Assembly: GCA_024280415.1 (NCBI GenBank)
Contig: JAJRQE010000088.1
Location: forward strand, 1 to 60,168
Direction: 5' to 3'
DNA length: 60,168 nt
Origin: Spirochaetota bacterium
GTDB taxonomy: Bacteria; Spirochaetota; Spirochaetia; B11-G9
Within the stretch, counting starts at the first letter, position 1. Each line of letters starts with the position of its first letter. The notes beneath the pieces were generated by a model. That model had not been told where the DNA came from and did no database searches. It saw only the letters and a program-made list of their open reading frames with translations. The position numbers and the translations under genes are program-made. This document shows, piece by piece, positions 1-9,432 of the stretch.

Positions 1-401
1 AAATCTGCAACAGCAGCTACATTATTGGTTATAATATGTATATCTTTTTTACCTTCCAGAAATTTGATAACCTGATAGGTGGTGGAACCACTGTTAATAA
101 ACAGAGTATCACCATCTTCAACCAGAGCCGCAGCAGCTCTGCCGATGGCCTCTTTCTGTTCTTTGTTTGTTCTGTCTTTTTCGGAATAATTAAACTCCCG
201 TTCTATCTGATGAATGAGAACCGCACCACCATGGGTACGTTCAAGAAACCCCTTTTCTTCCAGAACTGTCAGATCCCTCCGAATCGTTATAACAGAAACA
301 TCCAGCTTTTTACTTAGTGCTTCAACTGTTACAAGACCGTCCCTCTTTATAAGTTCCATAATTCTTGAATGTCTTGCAGCAGGTATAATATTCAATCCCA
401 T
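1..401 (-). CDS. DeoR-family transcriptional regulator (GlpR-like); 3' end lies outside the window
   Basis: My own minus-strand translation from the ATG at 399-401 (SD GGGAG at 402-410) gives MGLNIIPAARHSRIMELIKRDGLVTVEALSKKLDVSVITIRRDLTVLEEKGFLERTHGGAV...TLFINSGSTTYQV...NNVAAVAD. This is a DeoR HTH followed by the start of the sugar-phosphate-binding domain. The frame is open to base 1, so the ORF track missed it. It lies next to glpK. Confidence 0.8.
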   Translation of the reverse strand, partial: MGLNIIPAARHSRIMELIKRDGLVTVEALSKKLDVSVITIRRDLTVLEEKGFLERTHGGAVLIHQIEREFNYSEKDRTNKEQKEAIGRAAAALVEDGDTLFINSGSTTYQVIKFLEGKKDIHIITNNVAAVAD

Positions 402-492
402 ATATCTCCCAAATACTATTAAGAAACTAGTTTATATCCGTCAAATCGATCTGTCAAACTTTTTCTGCACTATTCATGAATCTTTTCAACAT

Positions 493-1992
493 CTAAATGA
501 TTGTTTTTGCTTCTTTATTGAGAATCCTGCCAACTGCTTCCGTCCAGCCCTGATAGAGTTTTGTAATTTTGTCTCCTGTAATCTCAGGTTTATATTCCCG
601 GCCTTTCTGCCATATTGTCCGAATTTCATCTATTCCGGACCAGAATTCCACAGCAAGACCGGCAAGGTATGCTGCTCCCATAGCCGTTGTTTCGATATTT
701 TCAGGTCGTATAATATCAATTCCCAGCAGATCACTTTGAAACTGCATGAGAAAATTATTCAGAGATGCCCCCCCGTCAACCCTCATAGAAGAAAGTTCCA
801 TACCTACTTCCCTGGTCATAACATCTGCAACATCTTTTGTTCGGTATGCTATGGACTCAAGGGCAGCTCTGACTATATGAGCCTTCCCTGCAGATCTTGT
901 TAGTCCAGTAATTCCTGCCTTTGCAGACATATCCCAATAGGGTGTTCCCAGACCCTGAAATGATGGAATAAAGTAAACCCCTTCTGTATCGGAAACAGAA
1001 AAAGCAAGACTTTCTGTTTCATCTGCCCTTTCAATAAGCTTTAGATTATCCCGCAGCCACTGAATTACTGCTCCCGCCATAAAAACACTTCCTTCCAACG
1101 CATAGGTCACCTTACCATCCATAGCCAGTGCTATAGTTGTCAGGAGTCCTTCATTTGAAAATATAGGTTTTTCACCTGTGTTCATCAGCATAAAACACCC
1201 GGTTCCGTAGGTATTCTTAAATGACCCGGGCTCAATACACATCTGGCCGAATAAAGCAGCCTGCTGATCTCCTGCCACACCTGATACCGGGATCTCAAAT
1301 CCAAGAAGATCAATATCTGTCTTTCCAAAAATATGACACGACTGTTTTACCTCAGGGAGGATTTCCATCGGGATAGTAAATTCAGCAAGAAGCTCTTTGT
1401 CCCATTCATGTGTATTTATATTAAAAAGCATGGTTCTGCTTGCATTAGTATAATCTGTAGCATGAACTTTTCCACCTGTCAGCTTCCATATTAACCAGGT
1501 ATCAACAGTTCCAAAGAGAATTTCACCTTTTATAGCCCTATCTCTGATCCCTTCAACATTATCCAGTATCCATTTTATTTTTGTTCCGGAAAAATATGGG
1601 TCAACAATAAGTCCCGTTTTTTTATGGATAATATCTGTTCGCCCTTCTTTTTCAAGGAAGGTACAATAGTCTGATGTTCTCCGGCACTGCCAGACTATGG
1701 CGTTATAAACAGGTTCACCTGTATTTCTGTCCCAGAGAATTGTTGTCTCCCTTTGGTTTGTTATACCAATTGCAGATATATCCTCCGGTAAAACATTATT
1801 ATCCTGAATTACTTTATTAAGCATTTCAAATTGTCCATTCCAGATTTCCAGGGGATCATGCTCAACCCAGCCCGGACGGGGATAAATTTGCCTAAACTCC
1901 CTCCGGGAGGTTCCAATGACACTTCCTTTGCGATCTATAAGCAACGCCCGGGAGCTGGTAGTACCCTGATCCAATGCAATAACAAATTTCAT
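493..1992 (-). CDS. glpK: glycerol kinase
   Basis: 499 aa. The N-terminus ALDQGTTSSRALL and full-length FGGY kinase features (GITNQRETT, GDQQAALFGQ, VDGGAS) are present. Confidence 0.95.
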   Translation of the reverse strand: MKFVIALDQGTTSSRALLIDRKGSVIGTSRREFRQIYPRPGWVEHDPLEIWNGQFEMLNKVIQDNNVLPEDISAIGITNQRETTILWDRNTGEPVYNAIVWQCRRTSDYCTFLEKEGRTDIIHKKTGLIVDPYFSGTKIKWILDNVEGIRDRAIKGEILFGTVDTWLIWKLTGGKVHATDYTNASRTMLFNINTHEWDKELLAEFTIPMEILPEVKQSCHIFGKTDIDLLGFEIPVSGVAGDQQAALFGQMCIEPGSFKNTYGTGCFMLMNTGEKPIFSNEGLLTTIALAMDGKVTYALEGSVFMAGAVIQWLRDNLKLIERADETESLAFSVSDTEGVYFIPSFQGLGTPYWDMSAKAGITGLTRSAGKAHIVRAALESIAYRTKDVADVMTREVGMELSSMRVDGGASLNNFLMQFQSDLLGIDIIRPENIETTAMGAAYLAGLAVEFWSGIDEIRTIWQKGREYKPEITGDKITKLYQGWTEAVGRILNKEAKTII

Positions 1993-2113
1993 AGTAACTC
2001 CTGTATTATAGTTCTACCACTGTTTAAAGGAGGTGGAAAGTATTTTATTTACAACAATAATAGTTATATAATCAATTTAGAATACATCATGGAATACTTC
2101 ATTTTTAAGCTTC

Positions 2114-2142
2114 TTGCAGATGATCAGTATTCAGGCTATAAT
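2114..2142 (+). promoter_or_regulatory. sigma70-like promoter: TTGCAG, 17 bp, TATAAT, 8 nt upstream of the ATG at 2151
   Basis: -35 TTGCAG at 2114-2119, a 17-nt spacer and -10 TATAAT at 2137-2142. There is no SD before the 2151 ATG. Alternative starts are ATG 2178 or 2184, with GGAAG at 2172-2176. Confidence 0.35.
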
Positions 2143-2150
2143 AGAACGCT

Positions 2151-4163
2151 ATGCTTGATACAACAGACCAATGGAAGATGATAATGGTGGGACTCCCGGA
2201 TAATGATTTTTTTGCTATTATGCGAAATTATCTTGGAAAACTGCAAACACCTTTCAATAAACACTCTCTAATTGATTCTCTTGCAGATTTACTTTTGAGA
2301 GAGGAGACTGAGTCCAGAATTATTAGTATGATAGACAAAGAAGATGCTCTTCTCCTAACTTCAATTAATTTTTTATCCGGAACGGATATTCATGAACTTC
2401 ATGATTTTCTTGGACAGGAAAGATCCTTCATGTCAATCCATCATCTTCTTCTTAATCTGGAAGAAAGACTTCTGATCTACAGAGATTCAGAAAGCGGCAG
2501 GATCAGAATAAGTCCTGTCTTTCAGAATCTTTTTGAAAAGAATATTTTTGATACAGATCTTCTGTTTCCTTCTGAAGAATGCAGAGATGGTAAATTTCCT
2601 GATATCTGGCTCACTGATGCCCTTGTAACAGCTTTTATAACTTATTTATACAAGACACCTGACATACTTAAACTGGATGGTACTATCAAAAAGAAAGCCA
2701 GGGGAGAAATAAAGAGAATATTTCCGGATCTATTTATTGAAGAAAAATCAGGACTGCACCTGAATATTCTTATTCGAAGTCTAGAGGGGATTTCACTGAT
2801 TAAGAGTAATCCTGACGAGATAGTATTACTGGAAAATAACATCGAAAAATGCAGTGAACTTCCATTAAAACAGCGGTACATGCTTTATGCCGCATCGGCT
2901 GTTGGAGAAAACCTACCGGAGACTTTGACTACAGGACTCTCAGAAATAATAGAAAAACTGCTAGATGCAATTCCGGAAAGCAAAAGCTTCAGCCTGGGGA
3001 GCATTAAAAAGTTACTCCTCCTTATTATGAAAAAAGAGGCTCTTCACTATTCCAACACTGATTCAATACTTGAAACTTTAATCTCCCTCAGATTTTTAAT
3101 TCCCGTAAAAAAAAGATATGTCATTAATCCTCATATAAAGGAGCATTTCTCTTCCAGGGAAAATAATGAACCACCTCTTATTGTACAGCCCAGTTTTGAC
3201 CTTACTATTAAACCATGGATAAGCCTCAAAGATGGTTTGAAAATTTCCTGTGTTACAGAAATACGAAAATTCGATCTCTACCCCCATTTTGAACTCAATA
3301 AATCTGCATATACAAGGGGACATGACAGCAAACTGAATTCGGGCAATACAGCAGCTGTCCTCGAGGAACTCAGCGGCAGAGCTGTTCCTCAGAATATTTC
3401 GGTTTCTCTTAAATCATGGGAAGAAGACTACAACAAGGTGCAGCTTTTCGAAGGTATTGTACTGATAGTCAACGCTGATAAACGAAGAATATTTGATCAT
3501 CTCCATAATCTTGAGCCTTACATCCTCCGTAAACTTGCCTCAGGAGTATTTCTCATGGATACTGAAAAGGAACGGGAGTGGAGACCAATAATTGAGAATG
3601 CGGGTATTATTGTACCGGAAATTAAACGAAATCATTATAAATATGCCGAAACAACAATTTTCAAGACCCTGAGTTCATCAAAACCTTCAGATTTTCTACG
3701 AATTCCAAGCTCAATACCAAGCAGGCAGGAAAAACCGGAAAACTATGAAGATGAATTACTCGAAAAATTAAATTCTGCAAATTTAAATCCCGATGAAAAA
3801 AAAGGTTTTCGGGTAAGAATTGAAAAGAAACTGATACTCTATCCGGATCAGATACAGAGGGGAAATATTAAAACTGAAAAAACTGAAGTATCGGGAATGG
3901 ACTATATAGGTAAGGTAAGACTCATAGAACGAGCTTTGGATAGTAAAAATGAACTTCTGGAAATAACTTTCGGGAATCCTATTGAAAAGCTCACAACTTA
4001 TCTGGTTAAACCCATTGGGTTTGATAAATCCAAAGAGGATCTCATCCTTAATACTATTACTCTTCCAGAAGAAAAAGAGATTAGATTTAAAATAAGAAAG
4101 ATGAGCAAAATAAAACGTCTCAAGAGCTCTCTTTTTGCTCCTCCTGGGGATACTCACGATTAG
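2151..4163 (+). CDS. hypothetical protein, 670 aa, cytoplasmic, no recognisable catalytic motif
   Basis: Long uninterrupted ORF with protein-like composition. No signal peptide, TM segment, Walker or metal motif is visible. The start is uncertain (2151, 2178 or 2184). Confidence 0.65.
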   Translation: MLDTTDQWKMIMVGLPDNDFFAIMRNYLGKLQTPFNKHSLIDSLADLLLREETESRIISMIDKEDALLLTSINFLSGTDIHELHDFLGQERSFMSIHHLLLNLEERLLIYRDSESGRIRISPVFQNLFEKNIFDTDLLFPSEECRDGKFPDIWLTDALVTAFITYLYKTPDILKLDGTIKKKARGEIKRIFPDLFIEEKSGLHLNILIRSLEGISLIKSNPDEIVLLENNIEKCSELPLKQRYMLYAASAVGENLPETLTTGLSEIIEKLLDAIPESKSFSLGSIKKLLLLIMKKEALHYSNTDSILETLISLRFLIPVKKRYVINPHIKEHFSSRENNEPPLIVQPSFDLTIKPWISLKDGLKISCVTEIRKFDLYPHFELNKSAYTRGHDSKLNSGNTAAVLEELSGRAVPQNISVSLKSWEEDYNKVQLFEGIVLIVNADKRRIFDHLHNLEPYILRKLASGVFLMDTEKEREWRPIIENAGIIVPEIKRNHYKYAETTIFKTLSSSKPSDFLRIPSSIPSRQEKPENYEDELLEKLNSANLNPDEKKGFRVRIEKKLILYPDQIQRGNIKTEKTEVSGMDYIGKVRLIERALDSKNELLEITFGNPIEKLTTYLVKPIGFDKSKEDLILNTITLPEEKEIRFKIRKMSKIKRLKSSLFAPPGDTHD

Positions 4164-5625
4164 TAAATATTTCAAACTGAAGGGCACCCTGGGAAATCAG
4201 CATATCCATACCTCCTATAATTTCAGCTCCGGAAGACTCCGCCTCACGTAAAAATTTTGTTTTGAGGGGTGTATATATAATGTCATAGGCAAGCTGATCT
4301 TTGTGAAACCTATATCCCTGAACAGGAGTCTTTTCAACATCAGGGATCATCCCTACTGAAGTAGTCTGGACAATAAGATCGTACCCAGAAAGGAGGTCAA
4401 ACTTCTCCAGAGGGAAAAAACTGCAAGCTGTCTCCTCCGCGAGAATCCGTCCCCTCTCTTCAGAGCGGTTAAAAATGGAGATCTCCAAACCCAGACTCTT
4501 CAGCGCTGCAATAACTGATCTTGCAGCTCCTCCTGCTCCTATAACTGCAGCACGGTGTAAACGGTCTTTCAGATTTTCTATTGCAGCAAGAGGAGAGAGG
4601 AAACCTTCCAGGTCAGTATTATATCCTTCCCACATACCACCATTCCGCAATACAGTATTACATGAGTCTGTTCTGACAACCTCAGGACTCTTCCTATCCA
4701 AAAAACCAAGTATATCGACTTTGAACGGTACAGTAACAGAAAATCCACAAAGCGGAAGAACCCCGGCAAGTTTAAAAAAATAATTTATATCATCTACCAG
4801 GAATGGGATGTATACGGCATTCAGCGAACTGCGTTTATATCCGGTATTATGAAAATTGGGTGATCCCGAATGCATTACCGGATTTCCTGCTATCCCATAT
4901 ATAAGGGTCGAATTATTGATACAGTCAGATCTGTACATATTCTTCATTTTATCCGGTGTCAGCTGACCCGGAGCTCCTGATCGACCCGGAACCGAACAGT
5001 AGGAAAGGAATGACCCTAGTTTTTTATAGAGTACTCTCGTGGGGATCCCGAAATCCCCCATACCGAGAACTATTTTTTCCTCAATATCATGAATTTTCTC
5101 AATTATTTTAAAAAATTTATAAACCTGACAGCTTCCTTCAAGAAAAACAGCGACCTTGGGTATCTCACCGACTACGGAAGCAAGCTCCCTGAATATTTCT
5201 TCAAAGTTATCGGGGATTCCTTCAAAATTATGATACGACCTGATTATCCTTGTATTATGTGAATGAGCTGCTTCTTCAACTTCAGGGTAAACAATTCCCA
5301 TCTCAAGATCAATATAATCAAATCCCGCATTTGAAAATTGGTACAAAATATCCCGACGCTGATATTCATTGCCAGAGTATTTACCGCCGTCCCTGACCAG
5401 CCGGCAGGTTATTATTACTGGAAAATTAAATTTAGATCTTACCAGCTCAGGCTCAACCAGTAATGGGTCGATGAGCATATCAAGACGGAGTTCAATAATA
5501 TCAACAAACGATGAATTCTCCATAAAAACAGCAAAATTCTTCTCAATCGTATCTTCCATAAGCGTAAGACAAATCACACTAAAGCTCCCCTTCCAGATTT
5601 CTAAGTTTTTCCTTAATCCCCTCAT
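4120..5625 (-). CDS. aroDE: bifunctional 3-dehydroquinate dehydratase (type I) / shikimate 5-dehydrogenase
   Basis: The N-terminal half has type I DHQase features (ICLTLMED, IELRLDML, ITCRLVRDGG, DYIDLE, IRSYHNF, PKVAV). The C-terminal half has AroE features (GNPVMHSGSPNFHN, SVTVPFK, GYNTDLEGF, VIGAGGAARSV). The long start at 5625 retains the first beta strand of DHQase. Confidence 0.85.
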   Translation of the reverse strand: MRGLRKNLEIWKGSFSVICLTLMEDTIEKNFAVFMENSSFVDIIELRLDMLIDPLLVEPELVRSKFNFPVIITCRLVRDGGKYSGNEYQRRDILYQFSNAGFDYIDLEMGIVYPEVEEAAHSHNTRIIRSYHNFEGIPDNFEEIFRELASVVGEIPKVAVFLEGSCQVYKFFKIIEKIHDIEEKIVLGMGDFGIPTRVLYKKLGSFLSYCSVPGRSGAPGQLTPDKMKNMYRSDCINNSTLIYGIAGNPVMHSGSPNFHNTGYKRSSLNAVYIPFLVDDINYFFKLAGVLPLCGFSVTVPFKVDILGFLDRKSPEVVRTDSCNTVLRNGGMWEGYNTDLEGFLSPLAAIENLKDRLHRAAVIGAGGAARSVIAALKSLGLEISIFNRSEERGRILAEETACSFFPLEKFDLLSGYDLIVQTTSVGMIPDVEKTPVQGYRFHKDQLAYDIIYTPLKTKFLREAESSGAEIIGGMDMLISQGALQFEIFTNREYPQEEQKESS

Positions 5626-7303
5626 TGTCAGGAACCATGATCAGTGCCTGTTTAAGATATCTATATGATTTACGTTTCTCACCCAATTTATAATATGCAT
5701 CTGCAATTGCTACTACAGCATCCAGATTCCGGAGGTTTTCAAATAGAGCCTGCCGGAGGCTGTCGAGTTTTCCTTTTATATCAGGCTGAGTCAGACTTCT
5801 TAGATAATAAAAGGAGCTCCTCTCAACAGGATCCGTACTCCCGGCAATCCATCTATCCACCTCATCTATTGCTTTCAAATTCCGACCTTGTTCAAGATAA
5901 AATTTTATCTGGTTGTAATAGTCCTCATAAACAGGACTCCCCTCATGAACGATCTTATTATTATAGTTAAAAGCCCTGGTCAGATCTCCCAGATTCCGAT
6001 AAATTGTCACAGCATATCGGAGATATAAATCGGAACTGTTCTTTGTCAGAAGCCTGTCAATTAATTCCGAGGCACGACTCCACTCTTTCATAGAAACAGC
6101 ATCTTCGAGAAGAAGACCAAGGTTTTCAAGACTGTCTGGATTATTCTCAAGGCTGCTTTCAAGATAGATTCTGCCTTCCCCCTCTTTTCCTGCAAGAAGA
6201 AGTATTTTCCCATACAAAGAAACAAGATCCTGTTTATCCGGTTCGAGAGACAGAGCTTTCCCAAGTAATTCAAGGGCATAGGAGTAATTTTTTTCTGCCG
6301 CAAGAATTGAAGTATAAATACGAATATATTCACCAGTCTGCCCGGATATAGATTCAACTACTTTGAGAATACGTCTGGCTTGAGTAAGATTCCCCTCTCT
6401 TTGAAGAATATCTGCATATTTAAGTGTCATGGTCATATCATCAGGGTTTGCAGCCAGTGAATCGGAGACAATAAGAAGTGCCTTTTCAAGATTACCGGAA
6501 CCAATAAGTGCATCAACCATAAGGGAAGCAAAGATAAGTTTATCTTTGTACCTTGTATAACGTATTTTTGCAGGAACAAGGGCTCGCTGATACTCACCAT
6601 GTCGAAGATAGATCCTTACCAGACCTTCAAGAGGAGGATAACTGTTTTTATCCAGTTCGAGAGCTTTTTTATACCCTTCTGTCGCTTTATCAAATTTTTT
6701 TTCCTTTTCAGAGATATATGCATAGATAAAAACAGGTAGAAAAGAATCAGATTCCTCAGAATATAATGTTCTGAGAATTTCCAGAGATCTTTCGGATACT
6801 GCTTCAGATTCTGTATGAAGGACAGCTGTAGAGCTGAGGAGCAGAGTAAAAAAACTAACCTCATTGCTGGGAAGATCTATAATTATTCCCTTCTCTGCAT
6901 TTTCAACGACTCCAGCAAGAATATTTGATTTGGGGATAGAGAGAGAATCAGAAGAATCCACCGAGTAGGGATATACCAGTTTAAGAAGAGATCCGGCAAT
7001 ATATTTAAAATTTTCTCCCTGTTCTGTCAGACCTGCACTGTTACTTTCAAGTAAATTAATTGCCTCTTTCAGAGATGTAAGAGATCCTTTCTCAACAAGA
7101 TCTCTTATTTCATTAAGAGTCTCTGCACTTTCATCTACAGATCCGGAGATATCCGTATCAGGTAAATTGGCAGGAGTCGCAGGGGTTGTTGAACAAAATG
7201 TAATCCCAAACAAAACGGGAATAATAAGCAAATATTTAATTTTCAAAGTAGTTTGGAGTATAGCATAAATACTGTTAAGATCAAATATAGTTCGAAGGTT
7301 CAA
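5579..7303 (-). CDS. TPR-repeat protein, probable lipoprotein or secreted
   Basis: 574 aa with repeated TPR-like helices (YxxALELDKNSY, GNLTQARRIL, AIADAYYKLGEKRKSYRYLKQAL). The probable true start is TTG at 7246, giving MKIKYLLIIPVLFGITFC (signal peptide plus Cys). Confidence 0.75.
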   Translation of the reverse strand: MNLRTIFDLNSIYAILQTTLKIKYLLIIPVLFGITFCSTTPATPANLPDTDISGSVDESAETLNEIRDLVEKGSLTSLKEAINLLESNSAGLTEQGENFKYIAGSLLKLVYPYSVDSSDSLSIPKSNILAGVVENAEKGIIIDLPSNEVSFFTLLLSSTAVLHTESEAVSERSLEILRTLYSEESDSFLPVFIYAYISEKEKKFDKATEGYKKALELDKNSYPPLEGLVRIYLRHGEYQRALVPAKIRYTRYKDKLIFASLMVDALIGSGNLEKALLIVSDSLAANPDDMTMTLKYADILQREGNLTQARRILKVVESISGQTGEYIRIYTSILAAEKNYSYALELLGKALSLEPDKQDLVSLYGKILLLAGKEGEGRIYLESSLENNPDSLENLGLLLEDAVSMKEWSRASELIDRLLTKNSSDLYLRYAVTIYRNLGDLTRAFNYNNKIVHEGSPVYEDYYNQIKFYLEQGRNLKAIDEVDRWIAGSTDPVERSSFYYLRSLTQPDIKGKLDSLRQALFENLRNLDAVVAIADAYYKLGEKRKSYRYLKQALIMVPDNEGIKEKLRNLEGEL

Positions 7304-7410
7304 TCTCCATATTTACAATTCCAAATGCTATGGAAATTCAGAAATATTCCATTTTTAGAATTACCTTAATTGAACTCTCTCAGCTGCTATGATAGTATCA
7401 TCAGAAATAT

Positions 7411-8493
7411 ATGAAGAAAAAAATTATTCTTGGATTTTTACTCACATTAGGGATTCTCATTTCCGGAAGCTGTGCTCTCTACGACAGCTTGGTTAATCCC
7501 CCTCCGTACTATGTAGTCGGAAATGAAAAGGAAAAAGATGAACTCCTGAAACTTTCAAAAGCCTTCGATGAACAGTCCGGAAGTCCTGAAGCAAATTTCA
7601 TTCTGATACAGGAAATCTCCAAAATTCTGCATACCCAGGGGGAACTTGAGATATTAAATCTCTTTCTCACAACCTATGTTGAAAAAAATTCTGATGATCC
7701 TTTTAATGGTTATTATCTTCTCCTTACAGCACAGAATTATCTGGAAAGTGAGGCAATACCCTTTGCCATTCTCTACTTTGACCGTATTCTGAAAAACTAT
7801 GCAGATCTTCGGGTAAGAGGACAGTCGATCCACTATATTTGCCTTTCAAACTTGATTAAACTTGTAGATAAACCTCAAAATAAAGTTGACTATTATAAAG
7901 AACTTCTTTCCAATTTCAGTGAAGACATTGAAAAAGGTTCTGCTTACTTTTATCTGGCAAAAACTTATGAAGAACTTGGAGAGTGGGATCTGTCCATTCA
8001 GGCCTATAAAAATTTTCTTCAGTATCCTGACGTCAAGGTTCCTGGATACCCGGATGCTGTAAAGCAGATTGAACCAATAATTGACTTCTATGATTACCGA
8101 AATAAAAACTGGACTATGGAGAACCTTGATGATCTTGTAAATGCAGTTAAATATGCAATAAGAACCAAAAATTACAGGCGTTTATCCCAGTATAGAGCAA
8201 AAATTAATTTTTTTGCAGTTTCATGGGAGCAGGTAAAAACGGAAGCAAATTCAGATTTTCTTGATAAATTAAGTGTTTTTATGAAAAACAGAGTCAGATA
8301 TGCTGCAGAACTGGATAGAGATTCGAATCTACAGGAAGCTTATCTCAAAACATGGGGATGGTCATATAGAATAAAGACCTGGTATCTGTACTTCCGGCGG
8401 GTAAATTTCCCAGCAGACCCGGAAATACACGGTCAATGGGAATGGGCTGGAATATATTTTGGTGATAAACCATTTTCACGGACAGAGAATTAG
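7411..8493 (+). CDS. lipoprotein with TPR-like region, function unknown
   Basis: The N-terminus MKKKIILGFLLTLGILISGSC is a signal peptide with lipobox. A TPR-like segment is present (AYFYLAKTYEELGEWDLSIQAYKNFL). Confidence 0.7.
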   Translation: MKKKIILGFLLTLGILISGSCALYDSLVNPPPYYVVGNEKEKDELLKLSKAFDEQSGSPEANFILIQEISKILHTQGELEILNLFLTTYVEKNSDDPFNGYYLLLTAQNYLESEAIPFAILYFDRILKNYADLRVRGQSIHYICLSNLIKLVDKPQNKVDYYKELLSNFSEDIEKGSAYFYLAKTYEELGEWDLSIQAYKNFLQYPDVKVPGYPDAVKQIEPIIDFYDYRNKNWTMENLDDLVNAVKYAIRTKNYRRLSQYRAKINFFAVSWEQVKTEANSDFLDKLSVFMKNRVRYAAELDRDSNLQEAYLKTWGWSYRIKTWYLYFRRVNFPADPEIHGQWEWAGIYFGDKPFSRTEN

Positions 8494-8512
8494 TTTAGGT
8501 TAAGACAGTACT

Positions 8513-9382
8513 TTGACAGACCGATACTGTAGAGAGATGTATAAACCCGGATTTTTTATATTGCTATACCTTTTTTTATCTCAAGTATTTCTCTTGAGTG
8601 TCTCAGGAGATGCCGAAACCGGAGTCGACTACTCTTTCAACTGGGTAGATCAGCAGCTGGAAATCGTAATTAAAAAGAATATTCCTGATATGGACAGAGC
8701 CCTTCCGGGTATAAAATTCAGAATTGAAAAAAATATTGAAAAAGATCTTTCCTTTATTCTCCTCAAAGGAATTGAGCTTCTGACTATAGATTCCAGAACA
8801 ACAGGAAAAGAGTTTATAGAAAAGTATCCTTCTGTTATTAACTCCATTTTTGAGCTTACAGACCATATAAAGAGGACAAATTCACTTTTAACCAGAGATC
8901 TTAAAACATTAATTATTAACTATACCCTGGAACTTAATCCTTATCTGGTCGAATTATTTATTCCGCACTCAAGACCATCAATTACAACACCCGCACTGGG
9001 ATTTATTCCATCAACAGATTTCACAGGGATTATTATATATGTGGATAAAATACTTCCCTTGTTCGGTAAAGAAGGAAAAGGGAATTTTACACCAAGTCTT
9101 TTTCCAAGAGTTTTTGATAAGAACCTAAATCTCGTAATAGGCCCTTTAATGGAGGATCCTGCAGCAATAAAATCTTTTGGTGCTGTAGGGTATCAGCAGC
9201 CGACAGCTTCACCTGATATTTCAAGGGTGGGACAAAACCCATTACGAATGAAGGCCAGAGAGATCTTCGGAATAAATAATACCGATATTATTATATCTGA
9301 CAGAGATGCTGAAATGATTCTTTCCAGACAGAACAATATTGATCTTATTACTCAAGGCAGAATACTTATTATTTACAATTAA
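8513..9382 (+). CDS. secreted hypothetical protein
   Basis: 289-aa ORF with a hydrophobic N-terminal segment (FFILLYLFLSQVFLLSVSG). The start is likely ATG 8537. I recognise no family. Confidence 0.6.
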   Translation: MTDRYCREMYKPGFFILLYLFLSQVFLLSVSGDAETGVDYSFNWVDQQLEIVIKKNIPDMDRALPGIKFRIEKNIEKDLSFILLKGIELLTIDSRTTGKEFIEKYPSVINSIFELTDHIKRTNSLLTRDLKTLIINYTLELNPYLVELFIPHSRPSITTPALGFIPSTDFTGIIIYVDKILPLFGKEGKGNFTPSLFPRVFDKNLNLVIGPLMEDPAAIKSFGAVGYQQPTASPDISRVGQNPLRMKAREIFGINNTDIIISDRDAEMILSRQNNIDLITQGRILIIYN

Positions 9383-9432
9383 GTTGACTAAAGACTCCTT
9401 TCTGTTCTATAAAATCTTTTAAGAGGAATTTT

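Noticed and set aside
214-903. 229-aa plus-strand ORF bridging the DeoR regulator and glpK
   Set aside because: It is antisense to two recognisable genes and crosses their intergenic region. This is a shadow ORF.
5559-5625. Shorter start (ATG 5559) for aroDE that would remove the overlap with the TPR gene
   Set aside because: The residues upstream (SVICLTLMED) align with the conserved first beta strand of type I dehydroquinases, so I kept the long form.
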